Positions 18,375-29,660 of a stretch of DNA of 64,000 nucleotides are shown here, piece after piece. The notes under the pieces are model-generated. The model was given only the letters and a program-made list of their open reading frames with translations. It ran no database searches and was not told the origin of the DNA. This DNA comes from Candidatus Levyibacteriota bacterium. Its GTDB lineage: Bacteria > Patescibacteriota > Microgenomatia > Levybacterales > UBA12049. The translations under genes were made by a program, and so were the position numbers. How positions within the stretch are numbered: the stretch's first letter is position 1; every line of letters begins with the position of its first letter. Location: positions 136,203 through 200,202 of the forward strand of contig JBPOIT010000009.1 of the NCBI GenBank assembly GCA_052034235.1. The letters run 5' to 3'.

Positions 18375-19088
18375 ATGAAAAAACTTTTTATTGTAGCTAA
18401 TTGGAAATCATATAAAACAACACCTGAAGTTCGACGATGGCTGGATTTTTTTGGACAGAATAAAGGATATCTTCCTCAAGCTAGCGAAAAGGAGATTATT
18501 ATCTGTCCTTCCTTTCTCCATTTGGGGGTAATTAATGCATTTATAACGCAATATAACCTACCCTTCCGTGTAGGTACTCAAGACATTTCTCCATTTGAAG
18601 AAGGTTCAAAGACTGGCGCTGTTTTTGCAAAACAAGCCGCGGATTTTGCTACACACGCAATTGTGGGTCATTCGGAAAGACGTAAATTTTTTCATGAAAC
18701 TGACGAAGATGTCCTGGCAAAAGTAAAACAATTACTTGAAAACAATATCACGCCAATTCTATGCATCAGTGATATGACCCAACTTGACTATTATCTTAAA
18801 GAGGATACTATCTTAATCGAAAAATCTGACAAGATTATTTTTGTCTATGAACCGCCGAGTGCAATCAGTGGTGGTGGTGCCTTCCATGCTGAAATACCTG
18901 AAATAGCAGATAAAAATGCGTTATCAATAATCGAGAAAATTGGTAAAAAAGTGACCATATTATATGGTGGAAGTCTTAATCCAGACAATGCCCATACATT
19001 CTTCAGGCTTGAGCATATCAGTGGTGGATTGATTGGACAAGCAAGCTTAGATGCTGCAAAATTATTACAAATTATCAAAAGTTTCTAG
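18375..19088 (+). CDS. tpiA: triosephosphate isomerase
   Basis: 237 aa; IVANWK, VGHSERR, YEPPSAISGG motifs. Confidence 0.85.
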   Translation: MKKLFIVANWKSYKTTPEVRRWLDFFGQNKGYLPQASEKEIIICPSFLHLGVINAFITQYNLPFRVGTQDISPFEEGSKTGAVFAKQAADFATHAIVGHSERRKFFHETDEDVLAKVKQLLENNITPILCISDMTQLDYYLKEDTILIEKSDKIIFVYEPPSAISGGGAFHAEIPEIADKNALSIIEKIGKKVTILYGGSLNPDNAHTFFRLEHISGGLIGQASLDAAKLLQIIKSF

Positions 19089-19155
19089 TGAAAATTTCCC
19101 TTTAGCTATTTATTATTTTCCGTTTATTTGACTGTATGTGATAGGTCATATATAA

Positions 19156-20379
19156 ATGGTAAACAGAAAGAGAATAACTATGGATCGTAAAATTTCCCGA
19201 CGACGAACGAGACGTATTAGAAAACGAGTCTTCTTAGCATTTCTCGTTTTTTTTGTCGTAATTGCAGGTATTATTATCGCAAGTACTGCAAAGTATTTCC
19301 CAGCTCTATGGGAACTAACTTTTGAAAAAGACGTCATAGAGCTCAAAGAAACGAAAGAGAAACGAGTTAATATCTTAATTCTTGGAGTCGGTGGGGGAAA
19401 CCATGACGGACCAAACCTGACAGATACAATCATATTTGCAAGCATAGATCCAGAAACAAAAAAAGTGACACTAGTGTCATTGCCGAGGGATTTATGGGTA
19501 CCTGACTTAGGAGCGAAAATAAATACGGTTTATACTTTCGCAGAAGAGAAAGAACAGGGGAAAGGACTATCCGTCACCAAAGCACTTATTGCAAAAACGT
19601 TGAATCAACAAATTGATTATGCGGTAAAAATTGATTTCAGAGGTTTTGAAAAGATGGTTGATATGATTGGCGGATTAAAAATTGATGTTGAAAATACGTT
19701 CGATGATTATGAATATCCACTGAGTGGTAAAGAAGCTGATCCGTGTGGTTTAACTGAAGACAGAATTGCTAGTCTTTCGGCAGAGATTGCGTCAGGAAGT
19801 GCTTCAGTTGTTGATTCTTTCCCCTGCAGATATGAACATCTCCATTTTGAAGAAGGTTCCTTAACTATGGAGGGTGAAACTGCTCTTAAATATGTCAGAT
19901 CTCGTCATGGGACAGGGAAAGAAGGCTCTGATTTTGCAAGATCAAAACGACAAGAAAAAGTGATAACCGCATTTAAAGATAAAGTTCTTTCAGCTGAAAC
20001 ACTTCTCAATCCAGTAAAGGTTGTCAGCATAGTCCAAACACTGGAAGGAAGTATTGAAACAGATATTAAGGAGAATGAGTATGATGACTTTGTAAAACTT
20101 GCGCAAAAAATGAAAGGTGCAAAAGTGACAAGTGCAATTGTTGATACAGGCGATAGTAGTGAAGACAGATACGGATTATTAGAAAATCCTCCAATCAGAA
20201 GTGAATATGGCAATCAATGGGTACTTTCTCCACGTATTGGTAACGGTGAATTTTCAGAACTTCAGGAGTACGTTGCCTGTATGATAGAGGGAAGTAGCTG
20301 TTCAGTGGGTCAAGCTGGTATTATTACACCGACAATGATTCCAACTCCTCGTATAACAAAAACCATTCAAGGAAGATAA
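19156..20379 (+). CDS. LytR-CpsA-Psr (LCP) family cell-envelope phosphotransferase with a C-terminal extension
   Basis: 407 aa; N-terminal TM, NILILGVGGG...DTIIFASIDPETKKVTLVSLPRDLWV LCP core. Confidence 0.75.
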   Translation: MVNRKRITMDRKISRRRTRRIRKRVFLAFLVFFVVIAGIIIASTAKYFPALWELTFEKDVIELKETKEKRVNILILGVGGGNHDGPNLTDTIIFASIDPETKKVTLVSLPRDLWVPDLGAKINTVYTFAEEKEQGKGLSVTKALIAKTLNQQIDYAVKIDFRGFEKMVDMIGGLKIDVENTFDDYEYPLSGKEADPCGLTEDRIASLSAEIASGSASVVDSFPCRYEHLHFEEGSLTMEGETALKYVRSRHGTGKEGSDFARSKRQEKVITAFKDKVLSAETLLNPVKVVSIVQTLEGSIETDIKENEYDDFVKLAQKMKGAKVTSAIVDTGDSSEDRYGLLENPPIRSEYGNQWVLSPRIGNGEFSELQEYVACMIEGSSCSVGQAGIITPTMIPTPRITKTIQGR

Positions 20380-20389
20380 TTCAGATAAT

Positions 20390-22681
20390 TTATTTTAGTT
20401 CGTAGATCTTTGTATTATCCTTCTGAAATACCACAGTTCCTAGTTTCACAAATTTACCTTCGTTTAGTGATGGATGTTTTTGGTATTCCATAGCACCGAT
20501 GAAAACATATTTGATTTTGTATTTACTTATCAGATCAAGCGTTTGCTTCTCGTCATTTGACTCGTAGAGATTTTTAATATCATTAATTCTAGCTGCAGGA
20601 ATGTCATAACTTCCTCTCCATAACCATTCATGGACTGTCCAGCCAAGCACTGTGGGAAGTCCAGTATTTGCAGAAACCCGCGCATAATCTGTATATGAAT
20701 CACCCTGGGCTTCGAGTATTACTGGTTGGCCTTTCACGTTTTTGTTAAGCCACATAATTGCTTCGTAGTCTGCTGGATATTGAGTTTTTATGTATACAGT
20801 TCCATCAAGACCTTTGTAGGTTTTTAGTTCTCCGTAATATGAAGAAATTGCAAGATATGGGTATGTCAGAACAAGTCCGATTAGTGAAATTGAAATGACA
20901 GGGAACAAGACAGCGCTAAAAGGGGTAATCCATCCACGATGTGCAACTGCTGGTTTCATAAGTCTAAAAATAATATAACCGCAAGCAATACTTAGCATAA
21001 TAAATGATTGAAAAACGAGTTTAAACATAGTATTCGCCCGATAATGGGCTGGGTAAATGTCCTTAACATAAATAAATTCAGGAATAATAATAAGTAGTGT
21101 ACCCAGAAGGATAAGTATCAAAATAAATAAATCTACGTGAAATAGTTTTTTAGATCTAGTTACGAAAATTGTAAAAAGCAGAACAAAAAAGTAGAAGAAT
21201 CCGTACAGCATCAAAAGTTGCCACCATTCAGAATGTTGGCAGTGGTTCGCTTCAAACATAAAAGGTCCGATTTTCCCAATCTTGGTAAGAAAATCAGGAG
21301 CACAAAGGATTCCAATTCCAGAAACAAATGGTTTGAAAAACAAATTATATGGCACAGTAAATAAGCTAAAAGCAGCAGTAACTGTACCGATTGCTAAAAG
21401 CATATCTCTTAGCCATGGCATAAGCCATCGAGTATGAATTGTTCCAGACGCTTTTTTTGAGGCTTTAAGATTCTTAATAACCATACCGTCATCAATAGCT
21501 GCGTTTTCATTTTTGTATTTGGGTAACTGCTGCCAATAAAGGAAAAGAATGACAAAGCTCGTGAGGAGGAGATAAATTGCCCCATCCCATGCATTGGTCA
21601 TATACATTGTTGAAAGGAAAAAACCAATCAGAATGAGTATCATTGGATGTACGAGGAATGACTGCATGAATTGTGACGGTTTATTCTTTGAAGTATTTTC
21701 ATCAACTTTTTCATCAGGATCATGAGACATAAAGATTGCAAGTAAAAGACCAATGATGAATAAGACAAGAGGGATATCTAAAACATGTCCATGAAGATCT
21801 GCAACTACCCAGGAATAAATAGGAAATTCGTGAATGGTATTGTAAATATAACGTGTAGCATTTGGATACCAATAGGCATTCGGGAATGTTTGCGGTGAAA
21901 ACACAAGTTCCCACAGCGGTTTTGGTGCGTCATTTTTGTAAGGCGTGAAGAATGAATAAAGAATATGAAGATTCCCGGCAAAAGTTGCAAGTGCGGCAGT
22001 TAAGAAGCCAGATGTGAACTGCTTCACTTTTGAAAGGTGCTCATCTTTTACAGCAAATGTATAGAGTGCGGCCCCGATTGAAAATGTTTGTGTGAGACAG
22101 AGTGCAAATATGGTTGAGAGCATAAGATTAAAAGAAATATTGGAAGGAACAAATGAGAGTTTCGTAAGCACAGCCGTCATAATATGACCGAAATAGTAAT
22201 AATTAATAGTAAACGGAGGAAACCACATATCAGTAGGAGGGAAATAATCTCCACGGATCGCGGAATTTATAAATCCATAATCCATATATTTTTCAAGTCC
22301 ATGAATATCAGGCGCGAATGAATGTATGTACGCCCAGAAAAAGAGTGCAAGGAGAAAGAATAACTCTTCGAAGAGAAAAATCGGCCAGAATTTTTGAAGG
22401 GCGAAACGAATTTTCCATTTGTCACGGATTAGAAAAAAGCTAATTCCGGCTGCTAGTGCAAACACGATATAAGAACTGAGAGGAGAAAATGGTACTATTC
22501 GAATTGTGCCTAACACAAAGATAAAATATGTAGTAATTGTTACACCTAAAATTTTAGAAAAAATATAACCTTTATCAAAGTACTTATCAAAAAGCAAAAT
22601 AGTAAGTGGTAAGAAGCCTATTCCTAAAAGCAGGAAGACCCCCCACCATTGTAAAACTGCGTAAATATCTGTTGGAAGCAT
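20390..22681 (-). CDS. large polytopic membrane protein, DUF2298 / YYY-motif family (GT-C-like)
   Basis: 763 aa; conserved INYYYFGH motif; more than 12 predicted TM segments. Confidence 0.5.
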   Translation of the reverse strand: MLPTDIYAVLQWWGVFLLLGIGFLPLTILLFDKYFDKGYIFSKILGVTITTYFIFVLGTIRIVPFSPLSSYIVFALAAGISFFLIRDKWKIRFALQKFWPIFLFEELFFLLALFFWAYIHSFAPDIHGLEKYMDYGFINSAIRGDYFPPTDMWFPPFTINYYYFGHIMTAVLTKLSFVPSNISFNLMLSTIFALCLTQTFSIGAALYTFAVKDEHLSKVKQFTSGFLTAALATFAGNLHILYSFFTPYKNDAPKPLWELVFSPQTFPNAYWYPNATRYIYNTIHEFPIYSWVVADLHGHVLDIPLVLFIIGLLLAIFMSHDPDEKVDENTSKNKPSQFMQSFLVHPMILILIGFFLSTMYMTNAWDGAIYLLLTSFVILFLYWQQLPKYKNENAAIDDGMVIKNLKASKKASGTIHTRWLMPWLRDMLLAIGTVTAAFSLFTVPYNLFFKPFVSGIGILCAPDFLTKIGKIGPFMFEANHCQHSEWWQLLMLYGFFYFFVLLFTIFVTRSKKLFHVDLFILILILLGTLLIIIPEFIYVKDIYPAHYRANTMFKLVFQSFIMLSIACGYIIFRLMKPAVAHRGWITPFSAVLFPVISISLIGLVLTYPYLAISSYYGELKTYKGLDGTVYIKTQYPADYEAIMWLNKNVKGQPVILEAQGDSYTDYARVSANTGLPTVLGWTVHEWLWRGSYDIPAARINDIKNLYESNDEKQTLDLISKYKIKYVFIGAMEYQKHPSLNEGKFVKLGTVVFQKDNTKIYELK

Positions 22682-22696
22682 AGTATTAGTTAAATA

Positions 22697-23236
22697 TTAT
22701 TTGAAAATTTCGTCAAGTTGATTGATAGAATAGACATTCTTTTCGCGAGGTTTATCCTCATTGCGATGATTGAGCCAGAGAAATTTCGTATTTCTATTGT
22801 GCTTTGCGGCATAATTGACAAGAGATAAGTCATCATCGATATATAAATCCAAATTGAGACCTTTAATGATTTCGTTTTTGAAAATATGTGGCTGCTTATT
22901 TTCATAATTAAAGTATAATCCATCAAAGGTTTCATCGAGGTTATAGCGTTTAATAAGTTTATTGGTGATGCCTTCTAGGAATTTATAACGGCTTGATATA
23001 AGGTAAAGTTTATTTTTATCTTTTGGAATACTGCGAAGAAATTCCAAGTTTGATTTGATAGGTGGTCTGAGAAGAGGGTAATGGAGCGCTTTTCTGAGAA
23101 GTTGTTCAGGGTACGATGGGATACGGTAGATGAGTACGCCATTATCTTTCTTTTTATAAAATTTATCAAACAAAACTGAAGGTAAAAGTGGTGGATAGTC
23201 GATAAATACTTTATCTAGATCAAAGCCAATGTTCAT
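22697..23236 (-). CDS. HAD-superfamily hydrolase (putative phosphatase)
   Basis: 179 aa; motif I IGFDLDKV, motif IV DDDLSLV. Confidence 0.5.
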   Translation of the reverse strand: MNIGFDLDKVFIDYPPLLPSVLFDKFYKKKDNGVLIYRIPSYPEQLLRKALHYPLLRPPIKSNLEFLRSIPKDKNKLYLISSRYKFLEGITNKLIKRYNLDETFDGLYFNYENKQPHIFKNEIIKGLNLDLYIDDDLSLVNYAAKHNRNTKFLWLNHRNEDKPREKNVYSINQLDEIFK

Positions 23237-23367
23237 GATTTATGATGTCTATTGTACTATGCGGGTTTGTCTGTTGGCAAGCTTATTGTAGGGGCTAAAT
23301 CGTAAAGTCATAAGATTTCCTTTTTATATAGATATGAGTTATTCTATGCTACAATAATACCACTTTT

Positions 23368-24411
23368 ATGAAAGCGCGACGGTTTCTTGTTACGGGTGGA
23401 TCAGGGTTTTTAGGAATTAATCTCATCAGATATCTTCTCAATAAAGGTGAGAAAGTTGTTTCTTATGATATTGTCCCATTTGATTATCCAGAGAAAGAAA
23501 AGATTACTGCGATTCTCGGTGATATTCGAGATAAAAAAGCTGTTGTAAAAGCAATGAATGGTGTTGATATTGTTGTGCACTGTGCAGCAGCTCTACCTCT
23601 TTATAAGAAAGAAGATATTTTTTCAACAGATATTGACGGTTCAAAAAATGTGTTAGAAGCTGCATATAAAGAAAAAGTTGATCGCTTTATTCATATATCC
23701 TCAACTGCTGTGTATGGAATTCCAGACCATCATCCACTTTATGAGCATGATAAGTTAATTGGAGTTGGACCATATGGTATTTCAAAAGTGAAAACAGAAA
23801 AAATAGGTGAGGAATATCGAAAAAAAGGTATGTGCGTGAGTATTATACGGCCAAAATCGTTTGTAGGGCCAGAAAGACTTGGTGTATTTGCGCTTTTTTA
23901 TGATTGGGCAAAGTCTGGTCATAATTTCCCGATGATTGGAAGCGGCAATAATAGATATCAGTTACTTGATGTTGAGGATCTTTGTGATGCAATATATCTA
24001 TGTTCTGTGAAGGATAAAAAACTTGTTAACGATACGTTTAATATCGGTGCTAAGGAATATACGACGATGAAAGAGGATTATCAAGCAGTTCTCGATAAGG
24101 CAGGATTTGGTAAAAAAATTATTGGTTTTCCTGCAGAGCCTGTCATCTGGGGACTACGAGTACTTGAATCACTCCATGTCTCACCGCTTTACAAATGGGT
24201 ATATGAAACAGCATCAAAAGATTCATTTGTATCAATTGAAAAAGCAGAAAAAAAATTGGGTTTTAAGCCAAAATATTCAAACAAGGATGCACTGTTACGT
24301 AATTATAAGTGGTATTTGGATAACCTCAAATATTTTGAAAACCAAAGTGGTGTTAGCCATAGAGTCCCCTGGAAACAAGGTGCGTTGGGAATTATAAAGA
24401 ACTTATTTTAA
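23368..24411 (+). CDS. NAD-dependent epimerase/dehydratase (SDR family, nucleotide-sugar modifying)
   Basis: 347 aa; VTGGSGFLGINLIRYL Rossmann motif, YGISK catalytic YxxxK. Confidence 0.8.
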   Translation: MKARRFLVTGGSGFLGINLIRYLLNKGEKVVSYDIVPFDYPEKEKITAILGDIRDKKAVVKAMNGVDIVVHCAAALPLYKKEDIFSTDIDGSKNVLEAAYKEKVDRFIHISSTAVYGIPDHHPLYEHDKLIGVGPYGISKVKTEKIGEEYRKKGMCVSIIRPKSFVGPERLGVFALFYDWAKSGHNFPMIGSGNNRYQLLDVEDLCDAIYLCSVKDKKLVNDTFNIGAKEYTTMKEDYQAVLDKAGFGKKIIGFPAEPVIWGLRVLESLHVSPLYKWVYETASKDSFVSIEKAEKKLGFKPKYSNKDALLRNYKWYLDNLKYFENQSGVSHRVPWKQGALGIIKNLF

Positions 24412-24415
24412 ATGA

Positions 24416-25921
24416 TTACGGAAGAACTTCACCAATAAAAAATGCAGGTTTATCGTTCGGGTAATAAATGATTTTTTTTGTGTTGAAATGAATATCTGGA
24501 TGCTCCAGTAAATAATGAGGAGTTACCGTAAAAAGTTGCCGCTTTAAAGGATTAAAGACTTCATGAGGTGCAGCAACGAGACATTTCTCACACCCGTTTG
24601 GTGCGTAAAATTTGAAGAAAATATATGGCGCATTAAATTCCCCAATCAAATACAATTCATCATAATTATTTTTTTGATTTTCAAAATAAGGAACAATCTC
24701 CCGTGGTCCATATTGCCATCCCCAAAAGTCTGCAGAATAGTGAGGATATTTCAAAAAATAAAAGTTACTAAAAATTAATGTGTTTACTAATATAAGTATT
24801 CCAATAATACCGACTGATATATACTGTGGCAAAGACATTCTCATAAATCTAACAACAACACTGATACCAAGTGCAATTAGGATTGCACTAAGCGGTGCTC
24901 CAATAATGGTTCTGCCGGTAAACGGCCCTTCAGCAGCCACTGCTGCGCCGACAGGGTATAACATGAGCCAAAGGAGAAGAATTTGCCCGTGAGTTTTTTT
25001 CCATATATGTATGACATAACCAATCCCAATATAAAAGAAGGGAATTGTTATAGCGAGAAATGGTGTCAGTCCATTCGTAAAATGACGAGTTATAAATGTT
25101 TGTTCGCCGTGCAGAAAAAGCGCGGGGGATAGTTGCGAAATATAATTCGAAAGTATTCGTAATAAGGTATCGCTGAGATTTAATTTTGCGCTGAACACAG
25201 ATATTTCATTAAACCGTGCAGTGCCTTCTCCATTGAGAAAGCTAAAGATAAAGGGAACACTCATAACAACAAATACAAGCGCTGCTATACTGAGTTCTTT
25301 TTTATGTGAGAGTATTTTTTTACGGTAGATAAATAATAATCCCAACACAAAAAGCGGTATGATAAGTTTTGCTGAATAATAGGTATATAAACTGAGCGAT
25401 GCTACAAGAAATGCTGGGATGATATACACTTTTTGTTTGACAGCTTTTATAAGAAGCCAGATCGTCGCCGTAAAAAATGCCAGATAACTATTCATCTCAA
25501 AACCTGTTCTGTTGTAATGAATAAGCCACGGCATGGTTGTTGCGATTGCCGCACTTGTAAGTGCAATTTTTTTTGTAAACAGGTCTTTTGTTATTAGGTA
25601 CACCATGACAATAGTAACCATCCCAAAAAGCACAGATTGCAACCTTACACTGAATTCATTTAACCCCAAGAAAAGAATAAATGGCACCGTTGCGTAAATG
25701 GCAATTGGGCTTTTAAATTCACCAAACGATCTGAAAAATGTTGGGAAAGGAGTACCATACTCATCCTTGCCCGTTGTCAGTATCGAATAGGCGTTATACC
25801 CAATCGCTGCTTCATCGCAGAAAAAACCTGTGGGGTTTTTATCAAGCGCGTATATTCGTAGTGCAAACCCAATAAGGAGAATTATTATGAGAAAAAAAAG
25901 ATGGGAATGATGTTTTTTCAT
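24416..25921 (-). CDS. glycosyltransferase family 39/83-like (PMT/ArnT-type) membrane protein
   Basis: 501 aa; first loop DEAAIGYNAYSILTTGKDEYGTPFP typical of PMT_2/ArnT. Confidence 0.7.
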   Translation of the reverse strand: MKKHHSHLFFLIIILLIGFALRIYALDKNPTGFFCDEAAIGYNAYSILTTGKDEYGTPFPTFFRSFGEFKSPIAIYATVPFILFLGLNEFSVRLQSVLFGMVTIVMVYLITKDLFTKKIALTSAAIATTMPWLIHYNRTGFEMNSYLAFFTATIWLLIKAVKQKVYIIPAFLVASLSLYTYYSAKLIIPLFVLGLLFIYRKKILSHKKELSIAALVFVVMSVPFIFSFLNGEGTARFNEISVFSAKLNLSDTLLRILSNYISQLSPALFLHGEQTFITRHFTNGLTPFLAITIPFFYIGIGYVIHIWKKTHGQILLLWLMLYPVGAAVAAEGPFTGRTIIGAPLSAILIALGISVVVRFMRMSLPQYISVGIIGILILVNTLIFSNFYFLKYPHYSADFWGWQYGPREIVPYFENQKNNYDELYLIGEFNAPYIFFKFYAPNGCEKCLVAAPHEVFNPLKRQLFTVTPHYLLEHPDIHFNTKKIIYYPNDKPAFFIGEVLP

Positions 25922-27648
25922 AGTGAAACTATGCCTTTTTTCTGAAAGATCATCACTTTTGGATGATCATATACAGTAAAGGATTCATCAGCTGATTGGT
26001 CATCTATTTGTATGTTTAGAAGCGGAACTGTTGGGTAATTAGTGAATTCAGCGACTTTAACAAAACCAAGTTCGCCTGAAAAAAGTTTTTGGTAATAATC
26101 AGTTGTTTCTTTATAACATCTTGTTGGTGGTAGATGCTCGCAATCGGTTAACTTTTGTAGTGGTGTATATAATCTGTTGGATGCAATAATGATGTAGTCA
26201 GCTTGCGCGAGTTGACTTCTTACCAAATCCCATTTCCATGTCGTATCCGGTTCATACAACCCAAGTGTAATCATGACATATTTTTCCTGCCCCATAAGCG
26301 GTAATCCATCATCCCAATGTTCAATAGCGATGGCTTTGCCTTCTGGAATATACTGATTAATCCACGTCGTCGCATCAGTTCTCGGATTATTTCTTGTATA
26401 TGTATGTACGAAACTCAAAGGCCAAATTAAAAGAAGTATCACAAGCGCTGTTTGAAGGACAAAAAAGAGTGAGAGAGGTTTTATTTTTTTATGCATATAT
26501 TTCAATAATTCAATACTTACTACTGCTCCAAATAAACAAAACAGGGGATAGACAGGCAACATATACCTCATAAAGCCAATCGCAAATCCACCAACTACCC
26601 AGAAATAACTTAGAAAAAAAGAGAAAAGTATTATGAGTTTTGCAAAAAGCGTATCATGTTCTTTTTTTAGAGCGTACACAATTGTGTAACCTGTGCCTAA
26701 GAAGCAAAGCAAGGCTAGTAGTGGACCTAGTCCGAATAAAAAGATGTTTTGTAGTTCGTAAAAGTAAGGAATTTTCCCTACGTATTGCAGTGTGTAAGGA
26801 AAAACAAACGCGTCTTTGGTCATCATTGATTGATAAAGTGTTTGCTCCCAAAAGGTTTTGTTGTCTATAAGAGCATACGGTTCAACTATTGCAAAGGATG
26901 CGAGCGTTGCAAGTCCTACGATTAGACCGTAGCTCACAAGATTTTTTATACTAATTTTTAATGGATTTCGATACAAAGTTATTTTTTTTGGGCTGTTGAG
27001 AAACCTTAGAATAAAATCTATAAAAAATGCTGCGAATATTGAAAAGCACAAGACAATCGCACTCACTTTAGTTCCGAGTGCAAAACCAAATGTTATCCCG
27101 ACAAGAAGTGATTTCAGTACAGTGGGTTTTTCGTACAGGTGAAGTAATACATAAAGAGATAGTGTCACGAAAAAAGTCAAAATAGTGTCAACAGCATAAA
27201 AATGAGAAAGCTGGATAGGAAGCACACCAAGTGCATAGAAAAATGCAGCTGCAAGCCCAACTCGTTCACGAAAAAGTTTGCGTCCTAAGAAATAGAGTAC
27301 AAGAATTGTCCCCATATCAAACAGTGCTGAGAGAAAACGTCCGACAATATTTATGAGGGCATACTCAGAATATAGCGGATCAAATTGTCCCATAACATCT
27401 CCAGCCCATTGCAATAAATACATGGGAAAGCTTCCATAGGCAAAAAATTTAGGATTCCAAGGGCTTTCAGGTGAGAGAAATTCAGCAATACTTGTAGGAT
27501 ATACGAGTTTATCAACGGTCATCACAATAGCTCGTTCGTCTGGATGTAAATGGTAGCCTTGATCCCAATTGATTCCAGTAAATCTCAATATGGCAGCAAG
27601 TATGAGGATCAAGATGAGTAAGCGTTTGGTAGTAACAAATCGTTTCAT
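25918..27648 (-). CDS. GT-C-like membrane glycosyltransferase (HPDER-motif family, paralog A)
   Basis: 576 aa; HLHPDERAIV...NPKFFAYGSFPMY; paralogous to 30886-32550. Confidence 0.6.
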   Translation of the reverse strand: MKRFVTTKRLLILILILAAILRFTGINWDQGYHLHPDERAIVMTVDKLVYPTSIAEFLSPESPWNPKFFAYGSFPMYLLQWAGDVMGQFDPLYSEYALINIVGRFLSALFDMGTILVLYFLGRKLFRERVGLAAAFFYALGVLPIQLSHFYAVDTILTFFVTLSLYVLLHLYEKPTVLKSLLVGITFGFALGTKVSAIVLCFSIFAAFFIDFILRFLNSPKKITLYRNPLKISIKNLVSYGLIVGLATLASFAIVEPYALIDNKTFWEQTLYQSMMTKDAFVFPYTLQYVGKIPYFYELQNIFLFGLGPLLALLCFLGTGYTIVYALKKEHDTLFAKLIILFSFFLSYFWVVGGFAIGFMRYMLPVYPLFCLFGAVVSIELLKYMHKKIKPLSLFFVLQTALVILLLIWPLSFVHTYTRNNPRTDATTWINQYIPEGKAIAIEHWDDGLPLMGQEKYVMITLGLYEPDTTWKWDLVRSQLAQADYIIIASNRLYTPLQKLTDCEHLPPTRCYKETTDYYQKLFSGELGFVKVAEFTNYPTVPLLNIQIDDQSADESFTVYDHPKVMIFQKKGIVSL

Positions 27649-27654
27649 AAATAA

Positions 27655-29610
27655 TTAAAGACACGTTTTTTTCACATCAACAAAGACAATCGGTTCATTC
27701 TTTTCATCAGCTGTCTCAAAATGAATAACCGATCGAGCTTGATTTTTTAACGGAGAAATTGTGCTCGATCCGAATTCGACATAGTCAATATTGTAAGATT
27801 TTGTAATGCTGCAAAACGTGCCAAAAGACGACGCGTTATAAAGTGACTGTATTATCGCAGTTCTACGGTTTTTGTCCAGAACTAAGTCGTCGTGTCCACG
27901 AAGCGTATAGGCTAAGAATAATTTTCTTCCAGCGAGATAAAGTTCTATATTTTTCGTACTGACAAAAACAGCTTTTGGTGGTGTCTTTTCTCTTACTGCA
28001 GTTATGAAAGGTGAAGTATATGAAGCAACAGCTTGTGTTGGTTTTGAATTAATAAACGTCATGTGTTCAAGTACACCTGAAAACGTTAAAAGAAAAAGAA
28101 CGATAAAGCCAGCAGCTTTGATAACTTTGACTTTCTTTGTAAAAAACCAAAAGAAGACAACCCATGCAACGAGTAGATCGACAATAAAATTCATTGGTCT
28201 AAAGAATTTGTGATTTTCAAAAACAGACGGAGGATTTAGTTCAATTGTGTTCACGAGTAAAAATGTTGGGATAAGAATCGCACCAAAAAGCAAAGCAAGT
28301 TGCTTATTTTTTCTCCATAAAAGAAAAAATCCAACTGGGATTAAAAGCAACTTTAATCCGTAAGAGAAAAGGTACCATTTGAATGCATGCATAAATGAAA
28401 AAGGTATTTTTTCTTGGTCTGAAAAGCCGGTATTAAAAGCAGGATAGTGTCCAACTTGATCAATAAACCAAACTGATTGGGTTAACTGTTTAAAATAGAG
28501 ATAATGACCGATAAATACAATACTAAAACCCGCAAATAGAAAAAGCGTCTTTTTACGTTCTCCTGAGAAGATAAGTAAAAAGACAATCGCCATCAGCAGC
28601 ATAAGAGTTATTTGTAAATGCCATAAAAAGAAACCGCCCATGACTGCTCCGATTATGATCAGTGTTTTCTCCGAAAAACGCTTACGTTCAAATAATATCC
28701 AAAAAGAGAGTAACAAAAATAGAATGCCCGTTATCATTTGCCGTTCTTCCAGAATATAAAATAAGTTATACATCGTTCCGTTATACGTGATTCCCCCAAA
28801 TTCATATAATGAAAAATGCCACGGATGCTGTGTGTTGTTAAAAATTGCGTTAATAAGTGCAGGAAGTGATAGCGTGGCAGTTTTTTGAAGAAACGTAATA
28901 AAACTCAAACTACTTGAGGTGATTGCAAATAAAACGGCAATGAATCCTGCCAGACGAGAACGAAAAAGTTCTTCTCCCAAACCGATCAGTGCTAAAAGGA
29001 TAAACGTAAACCCTAAAATACTCGCAGCATTTATCGAATGAGCGAGATCTAATCCACCTGCTCCGTAGATTGCTGCATGTACCATCCAAAAGTAATGATA
29101 TGTATGTGGAAGTCCTGCGAAGGCTTCATTTTGAGGTGGAAAATTATCTCCATAGATGAAATTTTGAATGAGTGAAAGCTGCCAAGAAAAATCCCAATAA
29201 ATAGGTGTGGTTAAAACATAATTATTTTCTATGATCAAATGATGTGCAAAAAACGCATAGGAAAATAAGAAACAAAAAATTGTCATTAAAAATGCTCTCA
29301 CTTGTCTATTTGTAGGATTCTGCAAGATTTTTTGAATTGAGACGAGTATTTGATGGGTATCTTTCAAATAAAAGAGTAGAAAACACTGGGTTATAAGTAA
29401 CGATGAATAGGTTGCTTTAATGAGTACATTTGTCGTGAACGCTGCAAAAAAAACTGCCAGAAAAAAAGTCAGTAGTGTGAAGACAAATGTCCCAGCCATC
29501 CAGGCGAGTGAGGCTTTTAGAAAAGTACTTTTTGGTTTTAAATCAGTTTTTGAAAGCAGGATATGTGCGAGAACTGTCGGAAGTGTAAAAATAAGCAGGG
29601 CAGTTATCAT
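27655..29610 (-). CDS. large polytopic membrane protein (GT-C-like, unassigned)
   Basis: 651 aa with about 14 hydrophobic segments. Confidence 0.45.
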   Translation of the reverse strand: MITALLIFTLPTVLAHILLSKTDLKPKSTFLKASLAWMAGTFVFTLLTFFLAVFFAAFTTNVLIKATYSSLLITQCFLLFYLKDTHQILVSIQKILQNPTNRQVRAFLMTIFCFLFSYAFFAHHLIIENNYVLTTPIYWDFSWQLSLIQNFIYGDNFPPQNEAFAGLPHTYHYFWMVHAAIYGAGGLDLAHSINAASILGFTFILLALIGLGEELFRSRLAGFIAVLFAITSSSLSFITFLQKTATLSLPALINAIFNNTQHPWHFSLYEFGGITYNGTMYNLFYILEERQMITGILFLLLSFWILFERKRFSEKTLIIIGAVMGGFFLWHLQITLMLLMAIVFLLIFSGERKKTLFLFAGFSIVFIGHYLYFKQLTQSVWFIDQVGHYPAFNTGFSDQEKIPFSFMHAFKWYLFSYGLKLLLIPVGFFLLWRKNKQLALLFGAILIPTFLLVNTIELNPPSVFENHKFFRPMNFIVDLLVAWVVFFWFFTKKVKVIKAAGFIVLFLLTFSGVLEHMTFINSKPTQAVASYTSPFITAVREKTPPKAVFVSTKNIELYLAGRKLFLAYTLRGHDDLVLDKNRRTAIIQSLYNASSFGTFCSITKSYNIDYVEFGSSTISPLKNQARSVIHFETADEKNEPIVFVDVKKTCL

Positions 29611-29660
29611 ATATTACTTATTGTAGCGTAGAGAGTATGTGCTGAACAATAAGTTGAGGA